DNA of 64,000 nucleotides from Paraspadella gotoi (taxonomy: Eukaryota > Animalia > Chaetognatha): NCBI GenBank assembly GCA_051294375.1, contig CM119268.1, positions 19,150,318 through 19,214,317 of the forward strand. Direction: 5' to 3'. Shown piece after piece: positions 26,519 through 64,000 of the stretch (positions are counted from its first letter, which is position 1; each line of letters starts with the position of its first letter). The translations under genes and the position numbers were made by a program. Below the pieces are notes generated by a model. The model was given only the letters and a program-made list of their open reading frames with translations, was not told the origin of the DNA and ran no database searches.

Positions 26519-26864
26519 GTGACGGGCTCGTAGCACACCCCCGCCCTCTCTCTCGGATCGTAGACGCTGCCTGGCCTGAGTCGGTTCATGACCCAAAACG
26601 GAGCCAAGAGGAGGAAGAGGAAGAGGCAAAGGCCGGAGACGATGGAAGACCCGACGGAGAACCAATAGAGTTCAGGGGAGTAGCTGATCGGAGGGTTAGG
26701 GATGGCGGATATGGACCAATTAATTAATTAATTAATTTCATTTATTTATTTATTTATTATTATTTATTTATGTATTTTATTTATTTATTTTTTATTTATT
26801 ATTTATTATTTATTTATTTATTTATTTATTATTTATTTATTTATTATTTATTTATTTATTATTT

Positions 26865-26896
<32 letters not shown>

Positions 26897-27440
26897 TTAT
26901 TATTTTATTTATTTATTTATTTATTTATTTATTATATTATTTTTATTATTATTTATTTGTTTATTATTTATCTATATGTTAGGAGGGCGTTATTGAAGTT
27001 ACGGACAGTCATCTTCAGCCCAGGAAGCGCCTTATCCACAGGCTTGAATTTATTATCCAGAAAGGTTTCCTTTTGAAGCCAACAAATACCAAATCTAAGC
27101 GGTACCAATATTGCTCAAACTTATATATACATTTAAAAATTAACCCCCTCCTCCTCCTCCCTTTGCTCCCTCCTTTCTCACAGTCGACAAGAGGCGGCCT
27201 TGAAGGTTTGCAGCAAGAGCAAGATGCTGAAGACAAAGTCGACGACGCCGAAGACGACGAAGAGAAGTTTGAGGATGCGGACGACGGGATCGAGGAGGGA
27301 GAAGAGGAGGGAGAAGGCGAAGGAGAAGAAGGTGAGAGAGATGGAGGCGACGAGGAGATTGAAGAGACCCTGGAGGAAGATGAGGTGGGACGAGAGGGAA
27401 GCTTAAATTCCATGTCTTTATTTATTCTTTTATTTTTTCA

Positions 27441-27473
<33 letters not shown>

Positions 27474-27479
27474 TCATTA

Positions 27480-27514
<35 letters not shown>

Positions 27515-27519
27515 TATTA

Positions 27520-27588
<69 letters not shown>

Positions 27589-27971
27589 TTCATATTATTT
27601 CAACTCATTAATTCATTCATATTCATTCATTCATTCATTCATTCATTTATTCTTTCATTTATTTATTCAATCACTCATTCATTTATACTTCCCTTCATTT
27701 ATTCATTCGTTAATTCATTCATTCATTCATTCATTTATTCCTACATTCATTTATTCCTTCATTTCCTCACCGCTTCGCAGTATCTGATGGATCGACGGTG
27801 AAGGAGAACGACGAATTGCGCGGGAAAGAGAGCGACGCTGAAGACGACGACGACGACGCGAACTCTGACTCGATCGTTACGCGGGAAAAGGCGGGTCAGG
27901 TGGTAGCAAAAGTGTGGCCAGAGGTAGCGCCACATTCTAAGTTATTGTTGATATTGATTATTATTACCTGA
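26519..27971 (+). CDS. Acidic low-complexity protein of unknown function (exons ~26519-26694, 27184-27384, 27781-27971); start not located
   Basis: GC-rich codon-like blocks bounded by pyrimidine-tract/AG acceptors and GT donors. D/E-rich translations with KR/RR sites. One junction phase is ambiguous. Confidence 0.4.
26981..27040 (+). mobile_element. 3' fragment of a family-2 LTR
   Basis: gaagttacggacagtcatcttcagcccaggaagcgccttatccaca matches ~22405-22449. Confidence 0.7.
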
Positions 27972-28772
27972 TGGAGTTTTTTTTAGTTTTAATGATTTGT
28001 AACCTTTTTTTATTACGTTTATTACGTTTTATACGTTCAAGCTGCGAAATTTATAGGCTTTTTATATATTTTTATATATTCGTGCCATAATTTAAGTTAC
28101 ATTAATACTTGAAACTCAATATATGTCGATGTAAAAAATATTTCAAGGTTCCTTTATGGCATGAGACCCAAAATTATATCAATTAAATGTTTTTTTTGGC
28201 TCCCAGATTGGTTTCCAGGGAAAACTCTGACGTCAGAGTTTGTCGCCCGAATTTCTTCGCTGATCTTTTGTTTAAATTGTCATCTTGAACCAAAAAAAAA
28301 GTTTAAATGTTTGTCGCGAATGGCGTCGCAGTCAGATAAAAAAAACATATGATAAGTTTATATATAGATTCATGTTCTGCTACATTGTCTGCCCGGTGTA
28401 TTTTTATACTGTTGTAAATAAATCTATATTACGATATCAATTAGAATAAAATTAAAATATTGTTAGTAAATTCTTTGATCTCAATCACATCATTGAAAAT
28501 GTCAAGATAATAAATCCAGATTTTTTAAAGGACGGTGATAACATTGGGAAATGTATCAGCTGTTAAAGGCGAGAATAATTGAGAATTTCTTTTCTTTAAA
28601 TTAAACATTTTATTAAAAATGTCAGCAGTAACGAAAGTGACATTTACCTTTTAAAAATTCGTGCCCATACGGATTTACAGTATTTTCGTTTTTATCAAGA
28701 CAATTTTTCTTTTAATCTAAACACCTCTTTTGCTTTTTTGCATTTTTCCTAATATCAGCTCTAATAATAACC

Positions 28773-30180
28773 ATGGCTTCATTCGGGATGCTCTTTTGTT
28801 TCTTGGCTTTTATTGCAATCAGCGCCTCGTGCGGCGTCGACGAATTCGAGTGTCGTCACTCGAAGAAATGCGTCTCCAGATCGAAAGTCTGCGACTTTTT
28901 GACTGACTGCTCTTCAGATGGCCATTTGGATTTTTCGGGTCCGAAAAATATTATTTGTAATATCTATCTTAAAAAACTATGTTTACAAATAAATTCAGGC
29001 GAACATTTAATTTTAAAACTGAAGCGACCGAGAGAAAAAACGAGAATCGAGAAACGAGAATCACTATGCAAATCCTCACGTTTGGGCAACAAGTGTTGCG
29101 ACGGGGGCTAGAACCTGATACCCTGTTGATTACATTAAATTACATTACATTAACCTACTGACTACATCAATACGGAACACCTCTTACCCTAAACCCAAAC
29201 CAATTTTTAGACGAGTCCGACTGCGCTTCCTGTGGATTCGAGAGTGACACTTGTGGATGGACGGACGCGTCGCGAGGTAACTTCGCCTGGCGTCGAATCC
29301 AAACAAATGATCACTCGGCCAGCGTGATTCCTATCAAGGAGAAAGGTTTCGCCATGGTGCTGACCAGAAAGGTTGGGATTTTGATGAATAAAAAAAAAAA
29401 TTTAAAAAGATTAGACCTCATGGTTTATTGATTTAAAATAATCACATGCATACGTTATCTGCAAATATAAACTTACTTCATTATGACAATATTATTTTAT
29501 ATGAACATTTTTTTTTCATCCCTCAGCCGGGCACGTTCTTCAGTTCGGCCGTCCTCCGCTCTCCAGAGTTAGGACCGACAGGCAAACCTTGCACGTTGCA
29601 ATTTCACTACAAGAAGCAATCAGTCTGTGGTGGGATGAACAAGGAAGAGTTGCAGGTGGAAAGAAGAACATGGGAATTGTATCGCCGACTTGGTTCCTAT
29701 GCTTGAGTGTTTTCAAAAAGATGCCCCTACCTATTATGATTTATTTTATTAAATTTGCAATACTTAAATTACCTGTATTTACGTAGATATTCACGCGAAA
29801 TATCTAAATTATTAACTTTTTTTAGAATCTTTAATAAAAATGAATCTTCAATATTTTTTTTTCATATTCTTTAAATCCACCAAAAAAGCGGATGGTATTC
29901 AACTTTTAAAAATTCCTAGGTGTGGACGGTGAGCGGTTCCTCCAAGAAGAAGATCTGGTCCGAGTGCAAAGGAAGCGGCAGCGGGTGGGGTCACGCCATG
30001 GTGGGCGTGCCTCGAGAGGCGCGGGGTTTTCGATTAGAGTTTCGATTGGCGGCGATGAGAGGACCGACGGGACAAGTCGCTTTAGACGACGTGACGATGG
30101 GGATGTGCGGGAAGGACATGCGTGGGTGGATGGGGGGAAGATCACGAGGGCAGTCGAATCTTTATTCTTTAATATTTTAA
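28773..30180 (+). CDS. Small secreted protein: signal peptide + one LDL-receptor class A repeat + one MAM domain
   Basis: Exons 28773-28938, 29211-29371, 29527-29655 and 29920-30180 are phase-consistent. CGVDEFECRHSKKCVSRSKVCDFLTDC..DESDC (LDLa); CGFESDTCGW, LRSP..CTLQFHY, W..A..F.L.F..GQVALDDV (MAM). Confidence 0.85.
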
Positions 30181-30216
30181 TAAATCAGTATTACATTTGA
30201 AACGGTAGTTGTATGT

Positions 30217-30838
30217 ATACTAAGGCGTAGTAAAATTCCTAAATTTAACTTTAATTAAAATTCTAAAAGTGAGTAACGATCAATATTATACTAATGAACA
30301 TTTATGTAATAAAAAAATTTATAATAGAATTAACAATTTACGTAGTAGGCCATATTTATACTAGTACTAAACCAATAAATGTTAAAATTTTAAAACAGTT
30401 TTTTCTAAATTTTTTTTGCAGATTTGGATTCGTCATAAAAAGTTGATAAAAAGAAATATAACTCTTTTTAAAAAATTCCTTCATTAAGTGGGTCAAAAAT
30501 TAGAAAAAGCTATATTTTAAGCTGGAAATTAATTTTTTATTTATTAAATATAGTTTTTTTTATTTTTAAGCCACTTAATGAAAGAATTTATAAAAATGAT
30601 TTATATTTTCTTTTATCTACTTTTAACGAGGATTTCAAATCTGCAATCAAAATTAAAAAAAACCTATTTTGAAATTTTTCTTTTTTATAAGGATAGTACT
30701 ATGTATAAATATAGCCTACAGCGAAAATTAAAAAACATAAAATTAATTTTTTTTACAAATTAATGTTCACTGATGGTATGTTGTTCATAATTAACTTTTA
30801 AAATTTTCGTATGTAACTTTCACTACGCCTTAATGTAT
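30217..30838. mobile_element. AT-rich MITE with imperfect TIRs
   Basis: gtatactaaggcgtagtaaaatt ... aactttcactacgccttaatgtatac; internal inverted blocks shared with 10333-10955. Confidence 0.65.
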
Positions 30839-31985
30839 ACATATTGAATTTGAAATCTACAAGTTTTCCTCAAATTTAGTACGTAAAAATACATGAATAA
30901 CTTTATTATTTCTTCTTTTTTTTGCCAAAGAATTTCTTTAGGAAGCGATTGTCTTTTGTTGATTTCTTTTGATTTTCAACACAAGGGAAATTATTTTGTG
31001 AAGGTACGACATAAGGTGTTTAAAAAAAATTACTTATTAAATTTTAAAATTAACAAGCTGATAGTTTAACTAAAGATTTTTTAAAACTAAACATTTTAAT
31101 GATACATTTTTTTACAAATAATTTCACTTAGCAAAATATTTTCATGATAAGTGGCGAGAGCAAAAAGAGCAACTGTTTATCTCGAAATGACGTCATTCTG
31201 TAAGCTGTCTGTTTTGAACAATTCAAATTTTTTACAGTTAAAACTTAAATAGTTCGAGTTTTTCTGTTTCGTGTTAAAAAAAAACAGAGGCCTTACATTA
31301 ATACATTTACATTATCACAAAAATTTATATTTATTCAGGGGTAAATTTTGAAAGGATACAATAGTAAGGCGCTTAATAATTATAATTATTATTAATCGTA
31401 AATTCGACTCCCAATGATGACGATAAAACATAATCAGCAAAAAATTCATGGAACCAAATTGAGACACTAAAATATCTCGACAAATTTAAATCGAGGCCAA
31501 AGACAGAATTCACAATAATATAAAACTAATTACGAGGTAAAAAACAATTGGTTAATACAATAATTTGTTCATTTTTAACGAACGTTTCCCGTTATAGCGA
31601 TAAAAAAAATAATTATTTCGTGAATCGGAAAAAAAAAACAAAATGAAGGAAAAAACTGGTCCTCGTTTAGACCGAGTGTTGATGACACGAACAAATTTAA
31701 CCATTACCCTTGAAACTGCAGCTACGAATCAGTTATAAATTCGCTACAAATTAACTGACAAATCAAAATGTGAAGCATCACGACGACACCGACGCGCATC
31801 TTGTGAATAATCTCTCTCTCCCTACACTTAAAATCCTCTACTCGCGGTTTTCGACGGGTTTCGTTGCCAGACTGACAACAACAAAAACAACAGATCAACA
31901 ACGACGACAAATCATGTAACCTTCACGGCGCCCACATACTTCACACCCCCCCTTCGACCCACTCCCCCTCGATCCCCCGATCACA

Positions 31986-56776
<24,791 letters not shown>

Positions 56777-57170
56777 TTTCGGAAATGAGGCGACGACAGA
56801 CGCGACTTTGGCGGACGTTGGCGCTTTCACAAAACTAAAGACCTTCGGCGAAAAAAAAAATTATTATCTTTTACTTTAAATTTAAGACTTTCGCATCCGA
56901 ACTTGTCATATAAATCTTTCAATTTCACGGTACAGCTGACATACGGAAAAGGTCGTGACGTGGCGACCAAAATTGAAACCTCGGATGTTGGTTTTCGTCA
57001 TATCAAACTGTATTTTACCGAATAATATCTTGTCTTTTTTTTTACTCTTTGGGCTCGTTATTTCTTTCCCTTTTTTAATTATGTAAAATCTACTCTAATA
57101 ATTAAATAAGTGTAAATTTTTCGTTGATTACCAAATTTTTTTTGTTGTACAATGGCCGAAAGAAAATATA

Positions 57171-57810
57171 CAGGGGTGGGACCCTATATGAAGACAAAAC
57201 TTAACGTCCTGTCCTGCCTGAAAGATTTGGGATACAATTATAAAATGAGTGCCAAAAGTTTTTTTGGCTTTTTACTTTCGTACAATAAAACAAATAATTT
57301 TTTAAGCATCTTTTAGGCGACGTGGATGTTTTCAAAACTTTTGGTCGTTTTTATGCGCGCGCATTGTATTGCATACGAGAAAAGCCATACTATTTAATAT
57401 TTTTTAATGGTCATTTCTGAACGTGACAGTTTTATGTCTTATCTTCAATTGACCTGATTTTAAGCTTTTCAGCACTATCCAAATTAAACCCATTTAATTT
57501 TTTTTTCAGGTAAGTAAGACAAAACTTTAAGAAGATTTTAATGAATATGCTTAAATAGTCATATACTTTAAACAAGTAAGTATTCAAACATTTTTATTTC
57601 AAACCGCGAGTAGAAAACCGAGCAGTTGCCTTTGCTGCATCAAAAAAGCATTATATCAAAGAATTTTAAGAACATTAATACATCGTCTAAAAGCTAAGAA
57701 AAAGTATTATATAATTATATATTATATTATTTATTCACATTTTTAAAATCATTAGGAGTTTTAAAATAATTATTTTTAAAATTTTGTCTCGATATATGGT
57801 CCCACCCCTG
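57171..57810. mobile_element. Tc1/mariner-type MITE
   Basis: TA|caggggtgggaccctatatgaagacaaaa ... ttttgtctcgatatatggtcccacccctg|TA. Confidence 0.8.
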
Positions 57811-59844
57811 TATAGCGATTTTTTTTTTCAATATCAAATAACGTTTAAAGTTTTATATTACCCGTAATAGTTAGCGGAAGAAAAAAACCTTTATGAAGAA
57901 AAATTGTTTAATATATAATTTTACAGAAATACCCAAAAATCGAAGAAAACCAGAATTAAACATTAAAATTTCATTTTAGGGTCAAATGTTTCAAAATTTC
58001 ATTACTGTTGTAGTTTTACAATTTTATAATTTTACAATTTTACAAATAGGCAGGATATATTTTTGATGAACTTAGGTCTTAGTTTAGTTACTATTAATTT
58101 TCAATTTAGATTTTAAGAATCCAGATTTTTTTCCTTCCTCAAAATAGTGGAGTAACTTTGCCATCTCCTCCTAGTCATCTACTCATTCCTCGCAAAAAAA
58201 TAACATTATCTATAAAACAGTCAATAATATTTCTGCGCATTTTTTGGAACAAACTCTTAAAGTAAATTCATTAGTGAGTAATGATTTTTTTTTAATTCTG
58301 GTTCTGTTGACTATCTGGGTAAATATTATTTGAGGAAGTATCAAGTAGTTTTACTGTTATTCATTCCAAGAAGATTTTTGTCCTTTGTTTCTGTTTTGAA
58401 AAAAAATTACTCATGAATCGAAGTTCTGCGACCAAAATTCAGCAGTGAATTTTGATTTAGTGCCTTTAAAGTTCAGTACATATATTCTTGTAATCCTTTC
58501 CTTTGAAATGAGTTTTTATAAATGAATACATCATTCCTTATTTCATTTTTTTTGAATATTTGAATTCAGCTTTTTATTCGAGGCTGACGGTTTTCAAACA
58601 CTATTGTCATATTTTAGGTACAAAATGTTAGTTTGTTAATCGAGGGGTAGACAAAAAAGACGAAAAAAGATGGAAAGAAAGAAAAGAAAGAAAGAAAGCC
58701 AGAAGAAAACAAGTTTGAGCTAACAATGTTGGATCTGCCTACAATAATTAATAAGCCGGAACAGGTTTAAATTTTTTTTTAATTGTTCCATTTTTTAATA
58801 GATTCTGTTAGAGCTTTAAAAGTTACATTAAGGTTATTAATACAACTTTTAAATTTTGTTTTGTTTTATTGATAAAAATTTTAAATAAACATAAAATTCA
58901 GCCAATAATGATGCTGATGATAATTTTTTAAGGTTTTTTCTATTTTTTAACCAATTTATTGTCAAAATTTTCAAATTTATTTAACTTTTCAAGCTCTATA
59001 GGAATCCGTTTAAAAAAAAAATTAAAAAAATTGTTATTTGTTATATATTAATAAATATTTAAAAGCTTCAGTGCGTTATGGACATACTTCGTTGGTGTTT
59101 TCATTTTTAAAAAATTAAATCATAATATATCGTAATTTTGTAAAATCAGGGAATAAAATTTTAAACGCGGTGAAATCTTATGGTTATCCAGCTTTAATTT
59201 GAAGTCGGAACACGGACAAAACAGTTTCGTGCGTGTCCCCAACGGGAAATTCGCTCCAAATCGTATTTGCCTTTTTTTCCCTTCTTTTTAAGTGGAACTA
59301 GGACACTTGAGTTCGTCCCTCCGAAGGTCTTCGTTTTATCACGTATCTATTTTATTAATTAAACTTTACTTTACAAAAAAACACTTTACACCGAATAAAG
59401 TCTAACTCGTAAAACCTTTGATCTTTAGGAAACTGAAGACCTTTTTTCAAACAAAATGTTTTTGTCGATAAATACATTGAATAGAGTCGGCTTCACTTCC
59501 GTTTTACGACGTAATTTGTTGTAATTGCAATTGTTTATAATTTGTCGTAATTTTTTGATTTTTTCAAAATCTTCAAACCAAAAAAAATAGTTTTTTTCTT
59601 AATGACAAAATCGATTTTAAAAACAAACTAACATACATATATACATGCTTACTAACCAACATACCTCTATTTATACTCCGCAATTTCCCACTCACAAAAA
59701 AAGAAAAGAAAAGAAAAGAAAAACAAAAAACGTACGATGTCTTTCTCCTCTCTTCTCGCTCCTTTCCTTCTCTTCCTCCGTCCCTTCCTCTTCCTCTTTC
59801 CTTTCCTCCGCGTCCTCTTCGACGTGACCTCCTCTGCTCACGCC

Positions 59845-62800
59845 ATGGGCGGACCCCGCGGCGCCGTCAAAGCCTTCTTGACCCTCTTGCGGCGCTGGAC
59901 GCCGCTCCGTCCCGACGGGCTGCAGCTGACGACAACGGCGGCGATCGATGGCGTGAGATTCCCGTGGACCCCGTGGCGCGACGTGGCGGGTTGGCGCGCC
60001 ACTTTGAACGGCGTGGCCGAGATGACGCTGAGAGAAGACGACGTCTTCGTGATATCGTATCCAAAGTGCGGGCATCACTTTTTGCACGAGGTGGGCTTCG
60101 AGGGTTGCCGGGGGTTATTTAAATTGTTAATGTACACTTGTTATTTAAAGTATCTTTGAATGATATTGAAGAGACAGTAATTATTGTTATATGTTAGTGA
60201 CAGAACCGTTCAATATAAGCAGTCCCTGAGCTTCAGACCAGGCTATAACACCGTGTTACAGGCGGGTTAAGTGCCCCATCCCTCTTAACTGCAAGGCGAC
60301 CACCGGGCTAGAACCCCGGACCTTTTGGGTTGGGAGGCGAATGACTTGCCTCCGGCACCAATGGCCGCTGATGAACGGTTGGTGGATTTTAGTCAACCAT
60401 ACATCCCCCCTCCTATAGGGAGAGGTCTGTTGAGTCTCTTCAGTGAATTGTTGTTGTTGGTGGAAAGTTCGTCACCAAGTTGAGGCATGTCGCCTGATGT
60501 GTTGGCGCAAAGTGCATTGCAAAGTGTTGTTGTTGCTGTTGTGTTTGGAAGTCGGGCTCACCAATGATGAGACAGTAATTATTGTTATATGTTAGTGACA
60601 GAACAGTTCAATATAAGCAGTCCCTGAGCTTCGGATCAGGCTGTAACACCATGTTACAGGTAGGTTAAGCGTCCCGTCTCTCTTAACTGCAAAGCGACCA
60701 CCGGGCTAGAACCCAGGACCTTTTGGGTTGGAAGGCGAATGACTTGCCTCCGGCACCAATGGCCGCTGATGAACGGTTGGTGGATTTTTGTTCACCATAA
60801 TATAAAATAACTATTCGTTAAATATTACTTAATGTATTGGTTATGATGAGAAGAAACTTAAGAACTTTGCGGTCAAAAATCCACCGACCACTTTTTTGTT
60901 CCCAAACGTGACTTGCAGCGGTTAAATACTAATTAAATGTTTAAGTGTTTATCTAAATTTCAATATTAGACCACAATGTCAATTAACCATTGTCTTGCCT
61001 ACTAATTTATAGTAAATTTCTAAGTATAACGGGGACATTTAGAAATCATTTTGTCCATTTAAAAAACGACAAATAGGAAAGACTTCTTCAACCCCCCACT
61101 CATCCTCTGAAAAGGTTCTCAACATGATCCTCGTTGGCCAAACGAATCTTCATCCGGATCAAAAGTTCGTCAACTTTTTGGAGTTCTATTCCGATCCCCA
61201 AACTTATTTCGGTCGTCTCCCCTCCCCAAGGGTAATCATGACCCATTTGCCCCTCAAGTTCCTCCCTCGCGAACTGTGGGCCAAAAGGTGCAAGATCATC
61301 AGGATTTCCAGGTGCTAATTCGAGGGGCGTTTTTCGTGGACCTGAGCGTGATTTCAGCTTTTTTTTTCTTTTTTTTTTTTCTTAATCATCTTAATACATC
61401 CTTATTACTAGGAGAAGTCTTAAGATTTCTTATATGAATCTATACCATAGTAACTATTTTTTTAATATTTATTTATAGAAAGGAAAGGCCAAAAAACTTT
61501 TTGGGAAATTTTTAATTTAAAAACCATATTCAGATAGCTTATAAAAGTTTGTTCTACATAAAGTATAATTCTTTTTTAAATATTTTTAGAGATAAGTAGG
61601 TCAAAAATTAAAAAAAACGTAAAAAATCATCAATCATCTTTCATACTTTTTTATTAATTTTTTTAAGATTTTTGACTGAGAAAACGTAAAAATATAAGCT
61701 GTAATTATATTTCATGATTTAACTTTTTATGCTCTATAAAAAAATTTTAAAGATTTCCCAAAACAATTTTTTCTCTATATAGTTATATAATAATTTTAAT
61801 TAGGCAAGTACCCTCAGAAAAATCATTTTTGACAAAAATGTTTTAATACTATAATCTATGCTCATGATAGATTATTTTAAGGCTGTATACTAGAGTGGAG
61901 CACTGGGGAACATAAATTTTATTTGAGTGAACAAACATGGATATTTAGACGTAAGATAGTATGATTATTGATTAAAGAGTACAAAAATATTTTGCTTATA
62001 TTGTTTGGGGAACAGTATCATTAATTACAATATATTTATAGTAATATCCTTATAAAATCATAAATTTTCAAAATAATTTTTTTTAAAATTTTTATTAAAG
62101 ATTCAGATTTTTATAAAAAGTTAGATCAAAAATATAAAATATGTTATTAAAATTTTAATGTCTTCAGCGTCAAAAATACAAAAAAGGTCAAATTGTCCAA
62201 TTTTTTACGCTTTGTAGTAGAAACTATTATATGATGAAACATTTTGGTCATTTTTCGCAGCTTTAACCTAAAAATATCATGTAACATATTTTACAAAAGT
62301 TTTTCAGTTTTTTTCCGTCGAATCCGAAACTGTTCTTAAAATTAAAAAAAATATGATTTAAAATTTTATGATTTATAACTATAACGAAAATTCAATTAAT
62401 GATACTGTTATGCAAATTTTTTTGAAAAATATCTTCATTATTTTTTATTACATATACAAAGGTAGCAAAAAAACATTGTTCCATCGCTCAATCTTTTCAT
62501 CACTCCACCCTACTGTATACATTAGCATTCAAATTTCATCGGCTATGGCTATTATTACATATAAGGATAAAAAAATATTTGAATTTAAAAGAAACAAACG
62601 ATATTACTTTTGTTTTAATAGCTGTATAGAGAATTGTCTCTCTCCCGCCCAGCAAATCAAGTGACGAGCTCAGGCGTCGATCTGTAGTCGGGCATTGCAT
62701 AAGTTCACCCCGCCTATAAGCATGACACCTTTAGTTGTGACCCCGTGGCTAATTGAGTAAAGCCATCAGCTCGTGACCACTAGGTACCGTCTTCAATCCT

Positions 62801-63415
62801 AACCCGGTACCTACTCTGTGGAAAGCGTGAGGATGGCCGTAAGCCGCCTTGGGGACATGGAAAACCCTCAAGCCTGGTTCCAAGCCCAGAACCCGTTCCA
62901 TGGCTGCTAGAGGCGGTTAAAGAAGTTGCGGATAGTACTCTTCAGCCCCACTGAGCGCCTTATCCACAGACCATTAACTGGTTTCCTAACCTGAAATCAA
63001 CTGGCTCAAGTAAATGTGGGAGGGCAAAATACAATGCAATAAATCAATATATATGTTGGAAAATCCAGGAAAAAAATGTTTGAAAATAAATAAAAAAACA
63101 ACTAAATATTAAAAAATAATAATGTACAAGATTTTATATAAAAACAGGTAAAAATCTGTAGACGTGACTTTTTTAGAAAATAATATTTTGCATTCATAAT
63201 TTTTTTTAACTTCTGAATGGCAAGAGAAAAAAAAATTCCTCTTTTCCCACAGAAATCCAAAGGATGTTTTCGTCTCGTATTACCACCACAATTTGGCCGT
63301 CAACTACCGCAGCTACACCGATCCGCTGGAGAACTACATCAAGCTCCATCTGGATGATCCTTGCGACGCCGAGTACGGATCTTACTTTCACTACGAGCGG
63401 CAATACGAGGAAAAG
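59845..63415 (+). CDS. Cytosolic sulfotransferase (SULT1-like), first three exons; continues beyond the window
   Basis: Exons 59845-60090 (REDDVFVISYPKCGHHF, 5'-PSB loop), 61115-61311 (FLE..SPRVIMTHLP..LP..KCKII) and 63253-63415 (RNPKDVFVSYYHH, 3'-PB motif; YGSYF). Confidence 0.9.
60167..60799 (-). mobile_element. Complete TRIM with tRNA-containing LTRs (Helenus/TRIMp3-like), family 1
   Basis: Two 235-bp direct repeats (60565-60799 and 60167-60401) with a non-coding 163-bp interior. PBS TGGTGAGCCCGAC (complement of 60551-60563), PPT AGGAGGGGGGA (complement of 60404-60414), 4-bp TSD ATAT. A 73-nt tRNA-Gly-like segment lies in each LTR (60694-60766 and 60296-60368). Confidence 0.9.
61886..62519. 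mobile_element. AT-rich MITE-like element
   Basis: tatactagagtggag ... cactccaccctactgtata imperfect TIRs; interior related to the 10333 and 30217 copies. Confidence 0.5.
62683..62968 (+). mobile_element. Solo LTR, tRNA-containing TRIM family 2
   Basis: tgtagtcggg...ttatccaca; flanks gatc/gacc (4-bp TSD with one mismatch); collinear with 22174-22449. Confidence 0.8.
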
Positions 63416-64000
63416 GTCGATTTCTGTGATACTAAGTTAAGTTTCGTTTCTGATTGTAATACACCATATTTACACCAAATAGGTAAATCACTTAGATCAC
63501 GTTATCCGTCTAACCTTCGAAAGTCTAAAAAAGGACACGGCACAAGTAGTAAAAAAAATCGCGCGGTTTCTCGGTGTCGAACGNNNNNNNNNNTTTTTCT
63601 CTAAATAATTTTTTTTAAATTTTTATTAACGATTCAGATTTTTTATAAAAAGTTAGATCAAAAATATAAAATATGTTATTAAAAATTTTAATGTCTTCAG
63701 CGTCAAAAATATAAAAAAAGGTCAAATTCTCCAATTTTTTACGCTTTGTAGTAGAAACTATTATATAATGAAACATTTTGGTCATTTTTCGCAGCTTTAA
63801 CCTAAAACTTACTTTCACTAACGAGCGGAATACGAGGAAAAAGGTCGATTTCTGTGATACTAAGTTAAGTTTCGTTTCTGATTGTAATACACCATATTTA
63901 CACCAAATAGGTAAATCACTTAGATCACGTTATCCGTCTAACCTTCGAAAGTCTAAAAAAGGACACGGCACAAGTAGTAAAAAAAATCGCGCGGTTTCTC

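Noticed and set aside
60296-60368. tRNA-like segments as real tRNA genes or SINE heads
   Set aside because: The anticodon stem is broken, and they lie inside repeats with LTR-type termini, 4-bp TSDs and a PBS/PPT-linked pair.
63593-64000. Apparent duplication of part of sulfotransferase exon 3 (~63380-63570) fused to a copy of ~62070-62270
   Set aside because: It sits immediately after an N-gap, is nearly identical apart from small indels, and is chimeric. Most likely a contig-overlap or haplotype assembly artefact.

Overview
AT-rich, microsatellite-rich, intron-containing animal genomic DNA. It is probably a non-arthropod invertebrate (interstitial TTAGGG repeats), but the taxon cannot be fixed from this window. 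Genes were built by hand from GT-AG junctions and motif recall. In order: a decayed C2H2/C2HC zinc-finger gene (-, ~0.3-2.8 kb), an AKAP2/MISP-like protein (+, 8.0-20.2 kb), a CCDC24-like gene with frameshifts (-, 21.2-25.7 kb) carrying an antisense CxxC/coiled-coil ORF in intron 1, an acidic orphan, a secreted LDLa+MAM protein, a long CDC14 phosphatase gene (+, 32.0-56.8 kb) with SIRT4 nested antisense in intron 1, and the 5' part of a cytosolic sulfotransferase. Four things stand out. (1) CDC14 has a tandemly duplicated, frame-enforced mutually exclusive 88-nt exon pair, and the two versions carry signatures recalling vertebrate CDC14A versus CDC14B. (2) There is a complete 633-bp TRIM (LTR-PBS-PPT-LTR, 4-bp TSD) whose LTRs contain a tRNA-like Pol III cassette (Helenus/TRIMp3-like), plus solo LTRs of three such families. 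(3) Minimal Penelope-type hammerhead ribozymes sit in inverted pairs around (GA)n tracts inside introns. (4) DINE-1/HINE-like Helentron derivatives carry variable 18-bp arrays. Most ORFs in the supplied track are microsatellite noise. No database searches were run, so all homologies are from recall.
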